A stretch of DNA of 64,000 nt, taken from the NCBI GenBank assembly GCA_964573095.1, contig CAZNIK010000001.1:249004-313003 (forward strand). Direction: 5' to 3'. The stretch's first letter is position 1. Every line of letters starts with the position of its first letter. The notes under the pieces were generated by a model that saw only the letters and a program-made list of their open reading frames with translations, was not told where the DNA came from and ran no database searches. Shown here piece by piece: positions 48,166-56,244 of this stretch. This DNA comes from an uncultured Candidatus Saccharibacteria bacterium. Lineage in GTDB: Bacteria; Patescibacteriota; Saccharimonadia; Saccharimonadales; 2-12-FULL-41-12. The position numbers were made by a program, and so were the translations under genes.

Positions 48166-48663
48166 ATGGCAAGTTTTTCATTTGACGCGGTGAGTGATTA
48201 CGATAAATCCGAAATGAATAATGCGATCGAGCAGGCTAAACGCGAGCTTGACAATCGGTATGATTTCAAGGGGACGGCCGCTTCGCTTGATTGGTTAGAC
48301 AACGACAAAACTGGCCTAAAAATTGTTGGTGACAGCGAATATCACATCGATGCCATACTCGAAATTGTTCGGAAAAAACTCGCCAGTCGGGGCCTTAGTC
48401 AAAAAGTATTAGACGTCAGCTCAGAAACATCCACATCGAATCTTAAAACGACCAAAGAAGTGCGGTTTGTAAAAGGTCTTTCGAGCGAGAATGCTAAAAA
48501 GATTTCATCAACCATTAGGCAGTCTTATCCAAAGGTGAAGCCGCAAATTCAAGGCGACACGGTTCGCGTTTCTAGCCCCAAAAAGGACGAGCTGCAAGCA
48601 GTAATGACGCTGCTTCGAAGCCAAGATTTTGATTTCCCAATTGACTTTACTAATTTCCGCTAA
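48166..48663 (+). CDS. yajQ: YajQ-family (UPF0234) nucleotide-binding protein
   Basis: SFSFDAVSDYDKSEMNNAIEQAKRELDNRYDFKG matches the YajQ N-terminal signature, and the 165-aa length fits. Confidence 0.87.
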   Translation: MASFSFDAVSDYDKSEMNNAIEQAKRELDNRYDFKGTAASLDWLDNDKTGLKIVGDSEYHIDAILEIVRKKLASRGLSQKVLDVSSETSTSNLKTTKEVRFVKGLSSENAKKISSTIRQSYPKVKPQIQGDTVRVSSPKKDELQAVMTLLRSQDFDFPIDFTNFR

Positions 48664-48709
48664 TCAATATCGGCAAACCACCAAGATTCTGGGGACACCT
48701 TTGGGCGAT

Positions 48710-48994
48710 TTATTTTGATTGCTGAATAGTATTTTTGGTTTCGTCAAATAACGGACCGATAAGTGGAACACTATCAAACAATGACAAGAACCAGATCAAG
48801 AACGCAATAACCACAGTTGCGCCAATAACTCCGCCGACTCCAAAGAATATTCCGCGAACAAAGTTTTCCCAATACAGTTTTTTTCGATCAACATAGCCGG
48901 CCGCAAACAAAATCTCTAGTGCTTTGGCAACTTCTTCACGATTCTCAATTAAAATTCTTTTGGGCGATTTTGGACGCTGGCTCTGTTCTTGCAT
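48710..48994 (-). CDS. Small membrane protein (DUF5665-like, tentative)
   Basis: This 94-aa protein has the segment YWENFVRGIFFGVGGVIGATVVIAFLIWFLSLF. The family name is from memory and has not been checked. Confidence 0.6.
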   Translation of the reverse strand: MQEQSQRPKSPKRILIENREEVAKALEILFAAGYVDRKKLYWENFVRGIFFGVGGVIGATVVIAFLIWFLSLFDSVPLIGPLFDETKNTIQQSK

Positions 48995-49000
48995 ATGGCT

Positions 49001-49009
49001 ATTTTAGCA
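49001..49009 (-). promoter_or_regulatory. Extended -10 (TGcTAAAAT) 6 nt upstream of the ATG at 48994; leaderless-type promoter
   Basis: The minus strand reads agTGcTAAAATagccatATG, with no SD. Confidence 0.48.
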
Positions 49010-49025
49010 CTAGTTCGGAAGCGAG

Positions 49026-50093
49026 CTAGTCATCACTTTTCGGTTTTTCTAAAACCAGCGGATCAATTCCAGGACTCTTCTTTGAAATTCGAACCACATC
49101 TTTATCTATCTTCTTGAGCTCTTTATGTGCACTATTGTAGTGGTTTACAGTCGTACCCAAACTACCACCCAGTTTTTGCATAAAATTCTCGTAGGCCGAA
49201 AGATGGGTACCCAACTGACCAACTCGAAGCTGAATTTCTTTGGCCTGTTCTTCGATCTGGAGACTGCGCAGCCCCTGCAGCACGGTTTGCAGGTACGCCA
49301 TAAAACTGGTTGGGCTTACAATGATGACTTTTTTATCACGAAACGCATACTCCATAAGATCACGAGCACTGGTGTTCGCAGAACCAACCTTATTTATCAG
49401 CAAGTCATAGTAAATTGCTTCACTTGGGATAAACATAAACGCAAAATCCATGGTATTTTCATCGGCGCGAATATACTTTGCTGTTTCGTCGATTCTAAGC
49501 TTTAAGTCTGCTTTAAAATTCGCAACTATTTTTTCTCTGCGCTGCTTATCCTTTTCTTCAATCAGCCGGTTATAGTTTTCCAAGCTAAACTTGCTGTCTA
49601 TCGGCAACACCTTACCCTTGTCAAGAAAAATTACCGCATCAACAACCTCGCCATTTTTAAACTTGTACTGCAACTGATATCTGTCTGGCGGCATCACGTT
49701 TTCCAACACTTGGCCCAAATAATACTCTCCCAATACGCCTCTTTGTTTTGGGTTTTGCAACACGTTTTGGAGCGTTTTCAGCTCATCAGCAACATCCACA
49801 ACTCGCCTATTTGTTTCATCGAGCTTTGTAAGTCGCTGGGTGACATCGGTAACAAGTTTAGTGGATTCCTTGAACTGATTCATCATGCTCTTTTGCATTT
49901 GCTCATTGTTGCGATCGAGTCGCTCATTTATCTGCACGCCCAGAGAATCTTTTAGTTTTGTAACGCTGTCTGCCAAGCTAGTAATGTCTTGTTTGATAAG
50001 GGACGCCGAATCGTTGGTTGGGGCTTGACGGCGAAGAAGCAAGACTATCAGAACAATGTTTAGAACGCCCAAGATCGCAACTATTACTTCCAT
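49026..50093 (-). CDS. rmuC: DNA recombination protein RmuC
   Basis: It has an N-terminal TM helix, a coiled coil, and a RmuC nuclease-like C-terminus (FAFMFIPSEAIYYDL ... VIIVSPTSFMAYL). I chose the ATG at 50093 (MEVIVAIL). Confidence 0.87.
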   Translation of the reverse strand: MEVIVAILGVLNIVLIVLLLRRQAPTNDSASLIKQDITSLADSVTKLKDSLGVQINERLDRNNEQMQKSMMNQFKESTKLVTDVTQRLTKLDETNRRVVDVADELKTLQNVLQNPKQRGVLGEYYLGQVLENVMPPDRYQLQYKFKNGEVVDAVIFLDKGKVLPIDSKFSLENYNRLIEEKDKQRREKIVANFKADLKLRIDETAKYIRADENTMDFAFMFIPSEAIYYDLLINKVGSANTSARDLMEYAFRDKKVIIVSPTSFMAYLQTVLQGLRSLQIEEQAKEIQLRVGQLGTHLSAYENFMQKLGGSLGTTVNHYNSAHKELKKIDKDVVRISKKSPGIDPLVLEKPKSDD

Positions 50094-50101
50094 GTCATTT
50101 A

Positions 50102-50107
50102 AGTATA
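50102..50107 (-). promoter_or_regulatory. -10 box TATACT 8 nt upstream of the rmuC ATG; leaderless-type promoter
   Basis: The minus strand reads gcgTATACTtaaatgacATG, in the 16-nt gap after the ZIP gene. Confidence 0.42.
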
Positions 50108-50109
50108 CG

Positions 50110-50943
50110 CTAAACGCTATTATTTGGGATCTGAACGCTGTACCTACTGTTTTGCGATTGGGAATTTGCCGATTCAGAATGATTGGTGTCGATAAAGCTA
50201 TGCGACAACACAATCCCAATACCAACCACCATTACGCCTAGTAGCAATAGGACAGTTTGAGTGTGTAGCAATTGAGAATTGTCGGCTTTGGCATGCAGGC
50301 TCGGAAGTATGTCACTGAGTGCAATGTACAATAGAAATCCAGCACTCAAGCCCAACAACAGTCCCACCGGCAACTTTTCGCTCTCGCCGAGGGCGAAGGT
50401 AAGAACGGCTGCAACGGTCGTCGCAAGTGCGCTAAACACGTTAAACCACAACACTCTCCCGCGCTTCATGCCTTTTGACAAAAGAAGCCCAAAGTCGCCA
50501 ATTTCTTGGGGAATTTCATGAAGCGCAACAGCTATGGTCGTCACAATCCCGGTCGGCACGTTTATCAAAAAAGCTGAGGCAATTGCTACTCCGTCGAGCG
50601 CATTATGAAGCGTATCACCAATAATTATTAGGCTGGTGGTTGGATCCTTTTTATCTTCGTCGTCGTGGTGGTGATGAAACCAGTGCAAAAATCGTTCGGC
50701 AATAAAAAACAGCAAAATACCTACCATTGTTGCGGCGAGCACGGTGCTCGCCTGCTCTTGCTCAACACCCTCTGGAAGAAGATCCAAAAATACTGCCGCC
50801 AACAAGCTCCCCGCTGCAAACGGCGTTGCGTAGTAGGCAATCTTCTTTGCCGAATCTTTTTTTAGGAGCAATAAGGCCCCTCCAATAAGCGAAAATAGGC
50901 CGCCTAGCAGCGAAAAAAAGATCACATCAAAATAGGTTGCCAT
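50110..50943 (-). CDS. ZIP-family divalent metal (zinc) transporter
   Basis: It has multiple TM helices, a His-rich loop (HWFHHHHDDEDKKD) and HEIPQEIGDF and HNALDG motifs. I chose the ATG at 50943 (MATYFD). Confidence 0.87.
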   Translation of the reverse strand: MATYFDVIFFSLLGGLFSLIGGALLLLKKDSAKKIAYYATPFAAGSLLAAVFLDLLPEGVEQEQASTVLAATMVGILLFFIAERFLHWFHHHHDDEDKKDPTTSLIIIGDTLHNALDGVAIASAFLINVPTGIVTTIAVALHEIPQEIGDFGLLLSKGMKRGRVLWFNVFSALATTVAAVLTFALGESEKLPVGLLLGLSAGFLLYIALSDILPSLHAKADNSQLLHTQTVLLLLGVMVVGIGIVLSHSFIDTNHSESANSQSQNSRYSVQIPNNSV

Positions 50944-50972
50944 TAAAAACAGATTACTTTTACACATTCATT

Positions 50973-51014
50973 ATTGCAACTTTGTCGCAATATTTTTATA
51001 ATTGTCGCAGTTAT
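50973..51014. promoter_or_regulatory. Two imperfect palindromes sharing a TTGTCGCA core in the ZIP/Zur divergent region (candidate Zur boxes)
   Basis: The first is ATTGCAAC-ttt-GTCGCAAT (50973-50991). The second is ATAATTG-tcg-CAGTTAT (50998-51014). The second overlaps the TATAAT box and the start codon of the Fur-family gene. Confidence 0.4.
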
Positions 51015-51441
51015 GGCTACTCCCGTCCCGCTTTATTTGCAAAAGCTAAAAGACCATCGACGAAGCGACACCACAGCGCGACGAGCGGTTTTTCGGGTTA
51101 TTACCAATCACACCCCTGCTCCAATTAGCATGAACGAACTGCTGCGGGAGCTTGAAGGAAAAATTGACCGCGCCAGCGCGTACAGAGCAATTGAGCTATT
51201 TGAAGCATTGGGAATCATCAAAAAAATTTACACTGGATGGAAATATAAACTAGAGCTCGGAGACGAGTTTCACGACCATCATCACCACATGAATTGTATC
51301 GGTTGCGGGCGAATCATCGCACTTCAAGACACCAAATTAGAACAAAAAATCGCCACACTGGGCGACAAAAACCACTTTAAAATAATCGAGCATCAACTAG
51401 AGATACGGGGATACTGTGAGCACTGCAAACCTTACAGATAA
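51013..51441 (+). CDS. zur: Fur-family metalloregulator (Zur-like)
   Basis: It has a winged-helix N-terminus, a HDHHHH stretch and two CxxC pairs (CIGCG, CEHCK). It is divergent from a ZIP transporter gene. The ATG at 51013 lies 10 nt after a TATAAT box (50997-51002). Confidence 0.85.
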   Translation: MATPVPLYLQKLKDHRRSDTTARRAVFRVITNHTPAPISMNELLRELEGKIDRASAYRAIELFEALGIIKKIYTGWKYKLELGDEFHDHHHHMNCIGCGRIIALQDTKLEQKIATLGDKNHFKIIEHQLEIRGYCEHCKPYR

Positions 51442-51447
51442 TTAATG

Positions 51448-51470
51448 GAACCCCGAGTAACTCGAGGTTC
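51448..51470 (+). terminator. Terminator-like hairpin after zur
   Basis: GAACCcCGAG-taa-CTCGaGGTTC has one mismatch and is followed by TTGGG, a weak U-tract. Confidence 0.35.
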
Positions 51471-51546
51471 TTGGGAAGCCTCACACTTCCACTTATTATT
51501 ATACTCCCCATTGTCAATAGCATAAACGCTCATTTCGCCTGCCAAA

Positions 51547-51564
51547 CTCTGATCAAAATCAGAG
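51547..51564 (-). terminator. Terminator-like hairpin after corA
   Basis: The minus strand reads CTCTGAT-tttg-ATCAGAG followed by TTTGG. Confidence 0.35.
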
Positions 51565-51601
51565 CTACCGGTGACGTAATTCCCAACGGAGGTGCAAAAA
51601 A

Positions 51602-52528
51602 TTATAGCCAACGTTTTTTATGAAAGAAGTAGATTGCCAAGTATGTGACAACTGCAACCCCAAAGGTAAGCTTCCAAAAGGCAAGACGATCGTCTTGAAA
51701 CGGAAGAACAATGTTCATACCCCACACCCCCGCCGCAATCATTGGAATCGTAAGAAAAATGCCGATTGAAGTGAGGCGCTTGAATGTTCGGTTAAGATTG
51801 TTGGTGGCAATCGTGTCATAGGCTTGGCGTATGTTGACGAGGGTTCTCAGCCTCGACTTCGTGAGCTCAATCAACTCAGTAGTGCTCAAAGAGATGTCGT
51901 CTATTAAGTCTCGATCCTCTTCGTACAACTTCATGTATCGCCCGGTTTTTAAGCTGTTGAGCACGGCTGATTGTGGCTGCAAGGCGGTTAAAAATTCGTT
52001 GAGGTCTTCTTCGAGTTCCAAGAAACTCACAAACTCGTAGTTTGAAATCTCTGCCTTGCGGAGGCCGGTTCTTACCTGTAAAACGCGTTTAGAAATTGTC
52101 GTAAGCTGTATTCGATACGACCGGTTTATCTCGTCAAGGATGTGCAAGAAAAATTTAGTTTTCTGGGTGGTCAACGTTTCGATTTGGTCATTGATCAGCT
52201 GATCTAGCACCGAGTCGTCTTTGCGCATAACCGTGATAATGTTGTTTGGCGTATAAATAATGAGCAGTGGTTCGGTGGCAATGTCTTGACCGGCAGGATG
52301 ACAATAGCGCGTAAACACATACACTGTCTCGCCCTCTGTCTCGACTCGAGGCGCTTCATATATGTCAGTTGCGTCATGCAAAATATCCTCTTCGAGCTTA
52401 AATAATTTTGCAACTTTGGCTAACTCTTCTTTGGTCGGATCAACTACATGACACCACGCTCCAGCCTTAGGCTCAGAGATTTTGGTTAGGTTTCTGGCAC
52501 GTGCATTACTGTAAAAAATAGTGACCAT
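51602..52528 (-). CDS. corA: CorA-family magnesium transporter
   Basis: Two C-terminal TM helices carry the GMN motif (VWGMNIV). It lies 18 nt downstream of metK. Confidence 0.87.
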   Translation of the reverse strand: MVTIFYSNARARNLTKISEPKAGAWCHVVDPTKEELAKVAKLFKLEEDILHDATDIYEAPRVETEGETVYVFTRYCHPAGQDIATEPLLIIYTPNNIITVMRKDDSVLDQLINDQIETLTTQKTKFFLHILDEINRSYRIQLTTISKRVLQVRTGLRKAEISNYEFVSFLELEEDLNEFLTALQPQSAVLNSLKTGRYMKLYEEDRDLIDDISLSTTELIELTKSRLRTLVNIRQAYDTIATNNLNRTFKRLTSIGIFLTIPMIAAGVWGMNIVLPFQDDRLAFWKLTFGVAVVTYLAIYFFHKKRWL

Positions 52529-52546
52529 CGCCCACTATTGTACCAG

Positions 52547-53653
52547 TTACTTGCCGACGATCTGTTCCCATGGCAGTCCAGCTTTGCCGAAATGACCATA
52601 TGCGGAGGTTTGCGAATAAATCGGCCGACGTAAGTCAAGTCCCTCGATTATCCCTTTCACGGATAGGTCGAGCAACTTATCTGCAAACGACTGTATTGTG
52701 GCGAGTCTGACTTTTTCGGTGCCAAACGTTTCGATACTAAACTGCACCGGTTTGTGGGCACCAATAAAGTAGGCGAGTCCAACTTCACAGTGTGTCGCGT
52801 AACCTTTGGCGACGATGTTTTTTGCCAGAAAACGCGCCGCGTAGGCCCCAGACCTATCGACTTTGCTCGGATCTTTACCGGAAAACGCACCTCCACCAAC
52901 TCGTGCATAGCCACCGTACGTATCCACAACAATTTTTCTCCCCGTTAATCCCGCGTCACTGCCTGGCCCGGGCGTGTGCCAGACCCCAGTTCCGTTCACA
53001 ACTAACTGATCGGAGGTAATGCGATAGCCATACTCAGCAAGTGTGGGTGCTAAGACCTCTTTTTGTACGTCTTGAGTGACCCGCTCTAAAGACAAGGATT
53101 CGTGGTGAGGCACAGCAACCGTTACGTGCTCAACGCTCTTTGGTTTGCCGTCTACATAATTTACAACTACTTGGGCTTTTCCGTCTGGTCTCAAATGAGG
53201 CAACCTACCAGATTCACGGGCATTATCTATCCCGCGCACAATCTGATGAGCGAGCGTTATTGGCAAGGGCATGAGTTCTTTTGTCTCGTCGCAGGCATAC
53301 CCAAACATTAAGCCTTGGTCGCCAGCTCCATCGTCATCGACACCCACTGAGATTTCTCGCGACTGCTCATGAATGAAACATTCTATCGTCGACTCGTCAC
53401 TAAATCCCCACGACGGTTCGATATAGCCAAGTTCTCGAATTTTTTCTCTAGCAATTGCCACAAAGTCAACTTTTGCACTTGTGGTCACTTCGCCGGCCAG
53501 CGTGAGGTGCTCAAAGCTGGCGAGCGTTTCTACTGCCACGCGTCCATGGGGGTCTTGGGCCAAAACCGCATCTAGTATGGCGTCACTTATTGCATCGGCT
53601 ACTTTATCGGGGTGACCCGCACAAACTGATTCACTGGCAAATAATTTATTCAT
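52547..53653 (-). CDS. metK: S-adenosylmethionine synthetase
   Basis: It has GHPDKVADAISDA, GAGDQGLMFGYA and GGGAFSGKDPSKVDRS motifs. I chose the ATG at 53653; the ORF track adds one TTG codon. Confidence 0.96.
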   Translation of the reverse strand: MNKLFASESVCAGHPDKVADAISDAILDAVLAQDPHGRVAVETLASFEHLTLAGEVTTSAKVDFVAIAREKIRELGYIEPSWGFSDESTIECFIHEQSREISVGVDDDGAGDQGLMFGYACDETKELMPLPITLAHQIVRGIDNARESGRLPHLRPDGKAQVVVNYVDGKPKSVEHVTVAVPHHESLSLERVTQDVQKEVLAPTLAEYGYRITSDQLVVNGTGVWHTPGPGSDAGLTGRKIVVDTYGGYARVGGGAFSGKDPSKVDRSGAYAARFLAKNIVAKGYATHCEVGLAYFIGAHKPVQFSIETFGTEKVRLATIQSFADKLLDLSVKGIIEGLDLRRPIYSQTSAYGHFGKAGLPWEQIVGK

Positions 53654-53705
53654 CAAAAAAATCCTTTCTTTTAAGTACCCCGGTAAACTCCCGGGAAGAA
53701 AGGAT
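53654..53705 (-). terminator. Riboswitch expression platform: intrinsic terminator that also contains the metK SD
   Basis: The minus strand reads AUCCUUUCUU-[CCCGG gaguuua CCGGG guacuua]-AAGAAAGGAU followed by UUUUUUU and then G-AUG. The 3' arm carries the AAAGGA SD. Confidence 0.75.
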
Positions 53706-53717
53706 GTGCGCTATGCA

Positions 53718-53834
53718 AAATATCTTCTCCCGGCAAACCAGGATCTAGATGGAGCACCTTATCAAACACACGAAGCTAGTGACAGGTTGCTGGCAGGTCA
53801 ACGGGCTAGATCCCTCACTGCGCTCTTTATATTT
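53718..53834 (-). promoter_or_regulatory. SAM-I (S-box) riboswitch aptamer
   Basis: On the minus strand, P1 is AAAUAU...AUAUUU. The conserved core AAGAG..GAGGGA..GCCC..UGA..CAGCAACC...AAGGUGCU is present. P4 is CCUGG-uuug-CCGGG, followed by the AGAAGAU closing segment. The P2-loop UCUAG can pair with the J3/4 CUAGA (pseudoknot). Confidence 0.85.
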
Positions 53835-53854
53835 ACTTGATTGTTAAGTCTTTA

Positions 53855-53860
53855 ATTGTA
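53855..53860 (-). promoter_or_regulatory. Candidate -10 (TACAAT) for the riboswitch-metK-corA transcript
   Basis: The minus strand reads cttcTACAATtaaag. It lies about 20 nt upstream of P1, immediately after the PAP2 gene stop. Confidence 0.4.
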
Positions 53861-53868
53861 GAAGAATT

Positions 53869-54777
53869 TTAGGTGCGACGCAATGCCACCCAGGCGGTTT
53901 TCAGCTTGCCTTTACAGACATGCAGGAGGCGAAAAAGGTTTTTGGTAAGCCACGGGCTAAGAAAAAATACAACGACAGCTAATAGTGCGCCCAATATCTC
54001 ATCAATTGCATAGTGCTCTCCTTGATACACGGTGCCTACATAAATTAGACAAGGATAAATCCAGGCTAAAAACCGCAACCGACTTCTGAAGAGAGCACTG
54101 ATGTAAAGGGCAAACAATGTCGAGTAAGCCGCATGCAAAGAAGGCACGGCTGCAACGGCATTTGGCGATATTTGGTTATAAACCGAAGGAAAATCATGAA
54201 TACCAAGCGAAAACCACACATCGGAAGATATTCTGCGAATTGGTTCGATCAAACCCATGTCGCTCGCCATCCAGGTCGGAGCTGCGGGAAACACGAGAAA
54301 AACTACAAACCCAATAAAAGACACCGCCAAATAGGAAATTACCAATTGCCAATATTTTTTTGGAAACAGCTTCCAAACCAACACCGCAAGCCCAATTGGC
54401 AGCACAAAATGCAACATATAAGCCAGATAAAAAAGGTAGTCGTACCACATGGTCTGGCCGTGCCACCACCACTGCTGGAGAGTCGTTGTCGGCAATGTTC
54501 CGCCAAACAGCCACCGATCAACATCGATCATCCACATATATTCGACTCGCCTATTTAGCCCGTCTGCAAGTCCGCGAAACGACTCATACACGATGAGTAT
54601 CAACACAAACGGAAGAAAACGCTTCAGCATCTCCTTGGCTTGGTGAAAAATCATAAATACAAAAATCAGAAAAATCAGCAATTTATCTGGAGTTGGAAAG
54701 CTCGGTTCAAGCGCAAATAATACTACGCACGCAACGCTGCCGACTACCCCAACAGCCTGCAATATTTTTGGAAGCAT
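53869..54777 (-). CDS. PAP2-superfamily polytopic membrane protein
   Basis: It has multiple TM helices, with C2 and C3-like motifs PSLHAAYS and GEHYAIDEILG. Confidence 0.7.
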   Translation of the reverse strand: MLPKILQAVGVVGSVACVVLFALEPSFPTPDKLLIFLIFVFMIFHQAKEMLKRFLPFVLILIVYESFRGLADGLNRRVEYMWMIDVDRWLFGGTLPTTTLQQWWWHGQTMWYDYLFYLAYMLHFVLPIGLAVLVWKLFPKKYWQLVISYLAVSFIGFVVFLVFPAAPTWMASDMGLIEPIRRISSDVWFSLGIHDFPSVYNQISPNAVAAVPSLHAAYSTLFALYISALFRSRLRFLAWIYPCLIYVGTVYQGEHYAIDEILGALLAVVVFFLSPWLTKNLFRLLHVCKGKLKTAWVALRRT

Positions 54778-54784
54778 TAGACCT

Positions 54785-54790
54785 ATTGTA
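54785..54790 (-). promoter_or_regulatory. -10 box TACAAT 7 nt upstream of the PAP2 ATG; leaderless-type promoter
   Basis: The minus strand reads gcgcTACAATaggtctaATG, with no SD. Confidence 0.45.
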
Positions 54791-54817
54791 GCGCACTAAG
54801 AGCGCAGAAAAATATAG

Positions 54818-54823
54818 TATAAT
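54818..54823 (+). promoter_or_regulatory. Candidate -10 (TATAAT) for tRNA-Gln
   Basis: TATAAT lies 20 nt upstream of the mature tRNA 5' end. A 10-nt palindrome TAGTGCACTA (54832-54841) sits between them. Confidence 0.4.
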
Positions 54824-54843
54824 CTAATCTGTTAGTGCACTAG

Positions 54844-54917
54844 TGGGGATTAGCCAAGTGGTAAGGCAACGGGTTCTGGTCCCGTGATCGGGGGTTCGAA
54901 TCCCTCATCCCCAGCCA
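54844..54917 (+). tRNA. tRNA-Gln (anticodon CUG), CCA-encoded
   Basis: I folded the cloverleaf by hand. The acceptor stem is UGGGGAU/AUCCCCA with the U1-A72 pair typical of bacterial tRNA-Gln. The anticodon stem is ACGGG/CCCGU with loop UUCUGGU. The T arm is GGGGG-UUCGAAU-CCCUC. The discriminator is G, followed by CCA. Confidence 0.92.
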
Positions 54918-54950
54918 GATGCGACAGTTGAAAATCAAACCTATCTCCCT
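54913..54950 (+). repeat. Direct repeat copy 1, starting in the last 5 nt of tRNA-Gln
   Basis: The sequence is AGCCAGATGCGACAGttgaaaatcaaACCTATcTCCCT. The first 15 nt are identical to copy 2, and 30 of 38 nt match overall. Confidence 0.7.
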
Positions 54951-55014
54951 ATTGTTATATATAGGACAGAAGGTCTGATTTAGTATCAGGCTGGTGTACC
55001 AGACCTGTAAGTCT

Positions 55015-55052
55015 AGCCAGATGCGACAGCAGAATTTGAGACCTATGTCCCT
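55015..55052 (+). repeat. Direct repeat copy 2, 102 nt downstream of copy 1
   Basis: The sequence is AGCCAGATGCGACAGcagaatttgagACCTATgTCCCT. Weaker similarity continues for about 15 nt (TTATATATAGGA vs TTACATATGGATA). Confidence 0.7.
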
Positions 55053-55123
55053 CATTCTGCTCTTACATATGGATAGTAGTTATGTTGAAAAGTTGTATGT
55101 TGAGTTAGTAAACAGGATCGATC

Positions 55124-56221
55124 TCACTTAACTATATTGTATTTAATCGTCTTAAGCTTAAATGCTCCGTAGAGAAAATCTCCTTTAGGGTAATTCCAGA
55201 TGGTTTTTCCAACTGTGGGCACTTTTCTGCCATCAATTTCTTTATAATTTGAGACCGGCGTTGTCCAACGTGCTTGCTTCATAGTTCCATCATCTTGCAA
55301 GGCAGAGCGGTCATCTGACACAAATTTTAATAATTCACCTGCTTGATTAAAATATAGAATTGCTGACACAACGTACTTACCATTTGTAAGTGTTACCTTG
55401 GAAGATAGCGAGTCCATATTTTGCCAGCTCAAACGGCTATCAGTCAAACTTCCTGGAGCAAAAATGCACATATCGTTTAGTAATGTTACGGTTTCTGCTT
55501 TAGCTAATTCTTCGTTACTAATATTAACCACCTTAATTAACGAGGCGACTTTTACCATAAAACTCGCATGAGTTTTTTTGTAGATATGCAAGGCTGTGAA
55601 AGGGATACCCATTTTGGTTGCTTTCATCAGAAACGAACGTGAGTAAGTTCCAAAGAAATTGTATTGAACAGATTTAGATTTTATTGGTGTGTCGCCTAGC
55701 TTCCTATACATTTCTGCATCAAATTCTATGTACATATTTTGAGTTTTAGGCTTGCCAATTGACCCAGTGTATGCCAAGTATTTTTGGACTGGGACGGGTA
55801 GGTGTGCTGTGTCGCCTTTTGTTAGTTTCTTTGTAATGCGACCGTCATTGTCTTCGAAGGCTATCCTTACAGAGCTATCAAACTGCCGTTGAGTGAAAAA
55901 TGAGCCTATGCCCATAACCGACATAATCAGAAAAACAAAATTGAGAATAGTACCTGCCTTAGCGTCAGACCAAGAGCTTATGATCAGTATCTGCGAAAAC
56001 AAGACCGCGAGAATCATAACAAAACCCCACCAACTCTTACCCAAAGCAAATATTATTGCTGCAAGTAAAAACAAGATAGCTGCCATAAGCCAAAACACTC
56101 CGATAACATGCGAGATTGGGATAGTTAGTTGGTCAGTATTCACAATATTAAACGCTTCCACAAAGCCCAGGCCGTTAATGAGTCCGTGAAGCGCAACTAA
56201 CGCGACAAATAAATATTTCAT
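55124..56221 (-). CDS. Hypothetical membrane protein (about 4 N-terminal TM helices plus a soluble C-terminal domain of about 230 aa)
   Basis: I chose the ATG at 56221 (MKYLFVALVA), preceded by GGGAG at 5-nt spacing. The region looks AT-richer than the flanks. I cannot confidently assign a family. Confidence 0.6.
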   Translation of the reverse strand: MKYLFVALVALHGLINGLGFVEAFNIVNTDQLTIPISHVIGVFWLMAAILFLLAAIIFALGKSWWGFVMILAVLFSQILIISSWSDAKAGTILNFVFLIMSVMGIGSFFTQRQFDSSVRIAFEDNDGRITKKLTKGDTAHLPVPVQKYLAYTGSIGKPKTQNMYIEFDAEMYRKLGDTPIKSKSVQYNFFGTYSRSFLMKATKMGIPFTALHIYKKTHASFMVKVASLIKVVNISNEELAKAETVTLLNDMCIFAPGSLTDSRLSWQNMDSLSSKVTLTNGKYVVSAILYFNQAGELLKFVSDDRSALQDDGTMKQARWTTPVSNYKEIDGRKVPTVGKTIWNYPKGDFLYGAFKLKTIKYNIVK

Positions 56222-56244
56222 AATAACTCCCATATTACTGTTAA

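Noticed and set aside
51442-51601. Small ORFs of 26 and 33 codons in the zur/corA convergent gap.
   Set aside because: I recognised no convincing SD or -10 start signal for either. The region is better explained by the two terminator-like hairpins.
54840-55055. 71-aa minus-strand ORF across the tRNA-Gln region.
   Set aside because: It is antisense to a well-folded tRNA and to the repeat region, has no SD or -10 signal, and its sequence looks like random translation.
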